A DNA stretch of 62,682 nucleotides, filler included, from Globobulimina sp. (taxonomy: Eukaryota): the NCBI GenBank assembly GCA_003354225.1. It is 22 parts of 22 records of this genome, joined end to end, with 100 filler letters (N's around TTAATTAATTAA, not from the genome) between each part and the next. Parts side by side here need not be neighbours in the genome. Positions count along the whole stretch, not along the records: positions 59,931 to 62,682 come from PIVH01005060.1; 21 more parts are not named here. The stretch is one strand, 5' to 3'. The notes under the pieces are model-generated. The model was not told the DNA's origin and did not search any database. It saw nothing but the letters and a program-made list of their open reading frames with translations. Positions within the stretch are counted from its first letter, which is position 1; each line of letters begins with the position of its first letter. Below are positions 59,931 to 62,682 of this stretch, in pieces. The position numbers and the translations under genes were made by a program.

Positions 59931-60553
59931 CTCCGCCACTTATTAATAAAGTGTAAACCGATGGCATTGGACAAGAAATGCGCGATGAATATAAATATTG
60001 CTGCGTGCATAAGTAACATGTAACTCTTGTCATATCCCAAAGAGATACAAAATATAATATCCGTGTATAAATCCGAAACATAGGCAAACGCTTTGCATAT
60101 TGACATATAATTTGGAGCATCGCTGCCATGGAATTGAGTGTTGTACATTGCTGCAGGTATTATTAACAGCAGTGGCAAAATACAGAGTATTGTGATGATT
60201 ACATATCCCATATAATAAGCATTTGCTACAAAAGCATTGTCTGAATGCATTGTACTGGCATCAGTGTCTGGATTGTCTTCTATATCACGCTTAGAATGTG
60301 AAGAAGTGCTCGAAGTATATCTATCTGCTGCAGTTCTGGAAATGTTAATAGTATACGTTGTGGAAAATTTAGTATGATTATGTGTTTCATTTTGTTTGTT
60401 CTTGTTATCATTTTGGTCTTCACCCTGATCGTTAGGATCGTCGATACCGTATATATCTCCAAAAAGCAGGGCATTATTATCTATAGCTGCTGATATATGT
60501 TTGTTGATTGCAAGCAGCAAAACAATTATAAACACAAATTGTATGGAGCCCAT
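59931..60553 (-). CDS. Signal-peptide membrane protein (3' partial)
   Basis: Signal peptide, S/T-rich ectodomain, then TM helices with SDLYTDIIF. Confidence 0.6.
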
Positions 60554-60752
60554 TATTCACAATTTCAATGATAAATGATTAGAGTTTTCTCGTTTCATTG
60601 ATTTTTAGCACGGTAAAATTTGTGAAAGGGGCACTTAATTGATTAATTATTTTTTGATTTGTTGTCAAATCCACTTTTTAAATACATGGGTATTATGATA
60701 ACAATTGGTGCAAGGATGACACACAAAAAAGCATAGGTAATTCCAGTGCAGT

Positions 60753-61121
60753 TTATCTGTTCCAATGTGTTTTATTAGCACTTTTATGATCAATTAAAAT
60801 ACTCTTAAATTTGTCTTGCGTACTCTGTATATTTGCTGTTAACACATCAATGGAATCCATTAAACATTTTGTTGGTGAGGCAGCACCATTTGTTCTTATT
60901 TTAATCACAACTTCGTTCAATAATGGATGTGGCACTTTATATCCGGCAAACACAACGCGATTATCCTGCAATAATTGCATTCTTAACACATTTCCTAATG
61001 TATGATCCTCTTTTAATACAGTAAACGTTGCCGAGTGTTCGTGTTTGGTATCCTTTGTAAATTTTACTTTTGTTTCATCCGGTTCTAACACATAACATTC
61101 ATATCTTTCTGGTTGATTCAT
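60753..61121 (-). CDS. RPB11: DNA-directed RNA polymerase II subunit RPB11
   Basis: MNQPERYE..VL...DTK...ATFT..KEDHTLGNVLRMQLL.D.RV.FAGYKVPHPL. Confidence 0.96.
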   Translation of the reverse strand: MNQPERYECYVLEPDETKVKFTKDTKHEHSATFTVLKEDHTLGNVLRMQLLQDNRVVFAGYKVPHPLLNEVVIKIRTNGAASPTKCLMDSIDVLTANIQSTQDKFKSILIDHKSANKTHWNR

Positions 61122-61218
61122 TCTTAAATTATTTCACAAAACTCTAATTTCCGATGGATTTGATGATAAAAGTTGACTTAACCTGAGTTAACCAAGTAAA
61201 AATTATTATTTTCGTAAC

Positions 61219-62682
61219 ATGACAGCAGTGACTGACACAGAAGGAATGGATATAAACTCTTGGTTAAAAGCAAAGAATTTACAAAATATTATTCCCAAAT
61301 TTACCGCAGCTGGCTTGACTTTGGATGATATCATGCAATGCTCTGAAGACGATATTAGGTATAAAATATATAATTAATTATAAGCATTGCATATATTTAT
61401 ACCAATGTATACATAGAGAGTTATGTAAAGAGAATAAATGGTCCGCCGTGATTAGAATAAAATTGATATCAGCAATTAAATCCAGTCCAGGTTCGGCAGC
61501 CAGTCAAAGCCAGCCACAATTTATATTCTTAGGCGACAAAGAAAAAGAAATAATGGATAAATTGTATAAAAAAACAGAGAAAATATCAAAAGATGTCGCG
61601 TCGTTACAGAAAGCAATCAATGGTGAAACATTTTTTCTTATCCGTTCTGTTGAAACATCGCGTTTTTGAAACATTTTAGAACTATGGAGAGGTTCTACCA
61701 TTTCCCAACAAAATGTGTTGCGAATTTGCGGATTTTAAATAAAAAATGTTTCAAAAAACGCTGTGTAATTTCTACAGTGTATATAAGCAATATTTAATAT
61801 TTTATATGATTTAGGTTTAGAAAAGAGTGCAGTTGAATGCAATAAAGAGGTTCATAGTAAATGTGATATTTTAACGGCCATCATTCAGAAAAAAAGGAAA
61901 TTTTTATTAAGCACAATAAACGAATTAAAAACTAAACGAAGATCAGAATTAGACGCAGAATTAAGCAAATTACAGGAAATGAATCAACACGCAATCAAAT
62001 CACAAACCGCCTGCAAATCCATTGCGGTCAAAGCCGACATTTCTTCCTCATTACGATTAGAAAAAATGAGTGCAATAATTGACAATCAAAATGGAATGGA
62101 ACAAAAAATTGACTTTGATATTAGCAAAATCAATCAATCAAATGTCACATTAATGGTTGCATACAATCAAAAAGCATTTGATTCCAATTTTGCTGCTGCA
62201 TTAAATGTAATATTTTCCGATGAAGAACTTGAGCTAAAATACCAAAACAAGGAGGAAAAAGGTGAGGTGTTGAAGTTTAGTGCAACTTTTAAAAGTGATG
62301 AAAGCATTAAGTTGAGTGATAACAATCAGTGTGTTACAAAAGTATCGGTTGATTCTCATCATTATATATTGGCAGATATTGATCCGGTCAAAAAAGGCGT
62401 CCATTGTTATAGAATTCAAGTTTAGTGACTAATGTTTGATCAATGTTGCATTCAATTTTGTTTGTTTCAGACCAAGAATCCCAGAAACTGGATAATGTGG
62501 GGACTGAGCAAGAAACAGAAATTTAGTGCACGTTCTTATACTGAAGTAACAGGTATATGAATCTTTGCAAATGTTTCTTATTTTTTATTTTGTTTTATTA
62601 TTGGTCAGCTGGCTTCTCATCGGGTGGTGGTTACTTCGGCAAGTTGCAGCATAATACACCAGATTGCAAACCATTTGCTGCA
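61219..62682 (+). CDS. SAM-domain + coiled-coil protein (multiple introns, 3' partial)
   Basis: MDINSWLKAKNLQNIIPKFTAAGLTLDDI..CSEDDIR|ELC......RIKLISAI (SAM), then heptad-rich exons and a beta-rich C-terminus. Confidence 0.65.

Overview
This is not one locus. It is 22 unrelated contigs of 2752-2755 bp, sorted by decreasing length and joined by 100-nt artificial linkers (N-run + TTAATTAATTAA + N-run), so nothing can be inferred across linkers. Most contigs are AT-rich, gene-dense eukaryotic DNA with the standard code and short GT-AG introns. The gene families suggest a rhizarian, probably a foraminiferan (inference). Host genes include an RluA-family pseudouridine synthase, RPB11, a Rab7-like GTPase, a Sec20-like SNARE, a CAMK kinase, a GH3 glycosidase, vWA/ITIH, kinesin, MyTH4-FERM, CAP-Gly, PH, BACK, SAM and 7TM-like paralogues. 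The most notable items are: (1) a Penelope-like retroelement (PLE) whose GIY-YIG ORF is followed by a minimal type I hammerhead ribozyme with a compensatory U3-A8 core and a palindromic AAGCTT stem III (7722-7763); (2) a decayed Utopia/NeSL-type RLE retrotransposon; (3) a bacterial thrH 5' portion joined in frame to a eukaryotic gene ending in an SmD2-like domain (amplification chimera or HGT); (4) an intron-containing GHTH-motif transposase-like gene with a highly structured intron; (5) two ADP-ribosyltransferase-like proteins, a CHAT-like protein and a GC-rich multibranch element upstream of an ORF.
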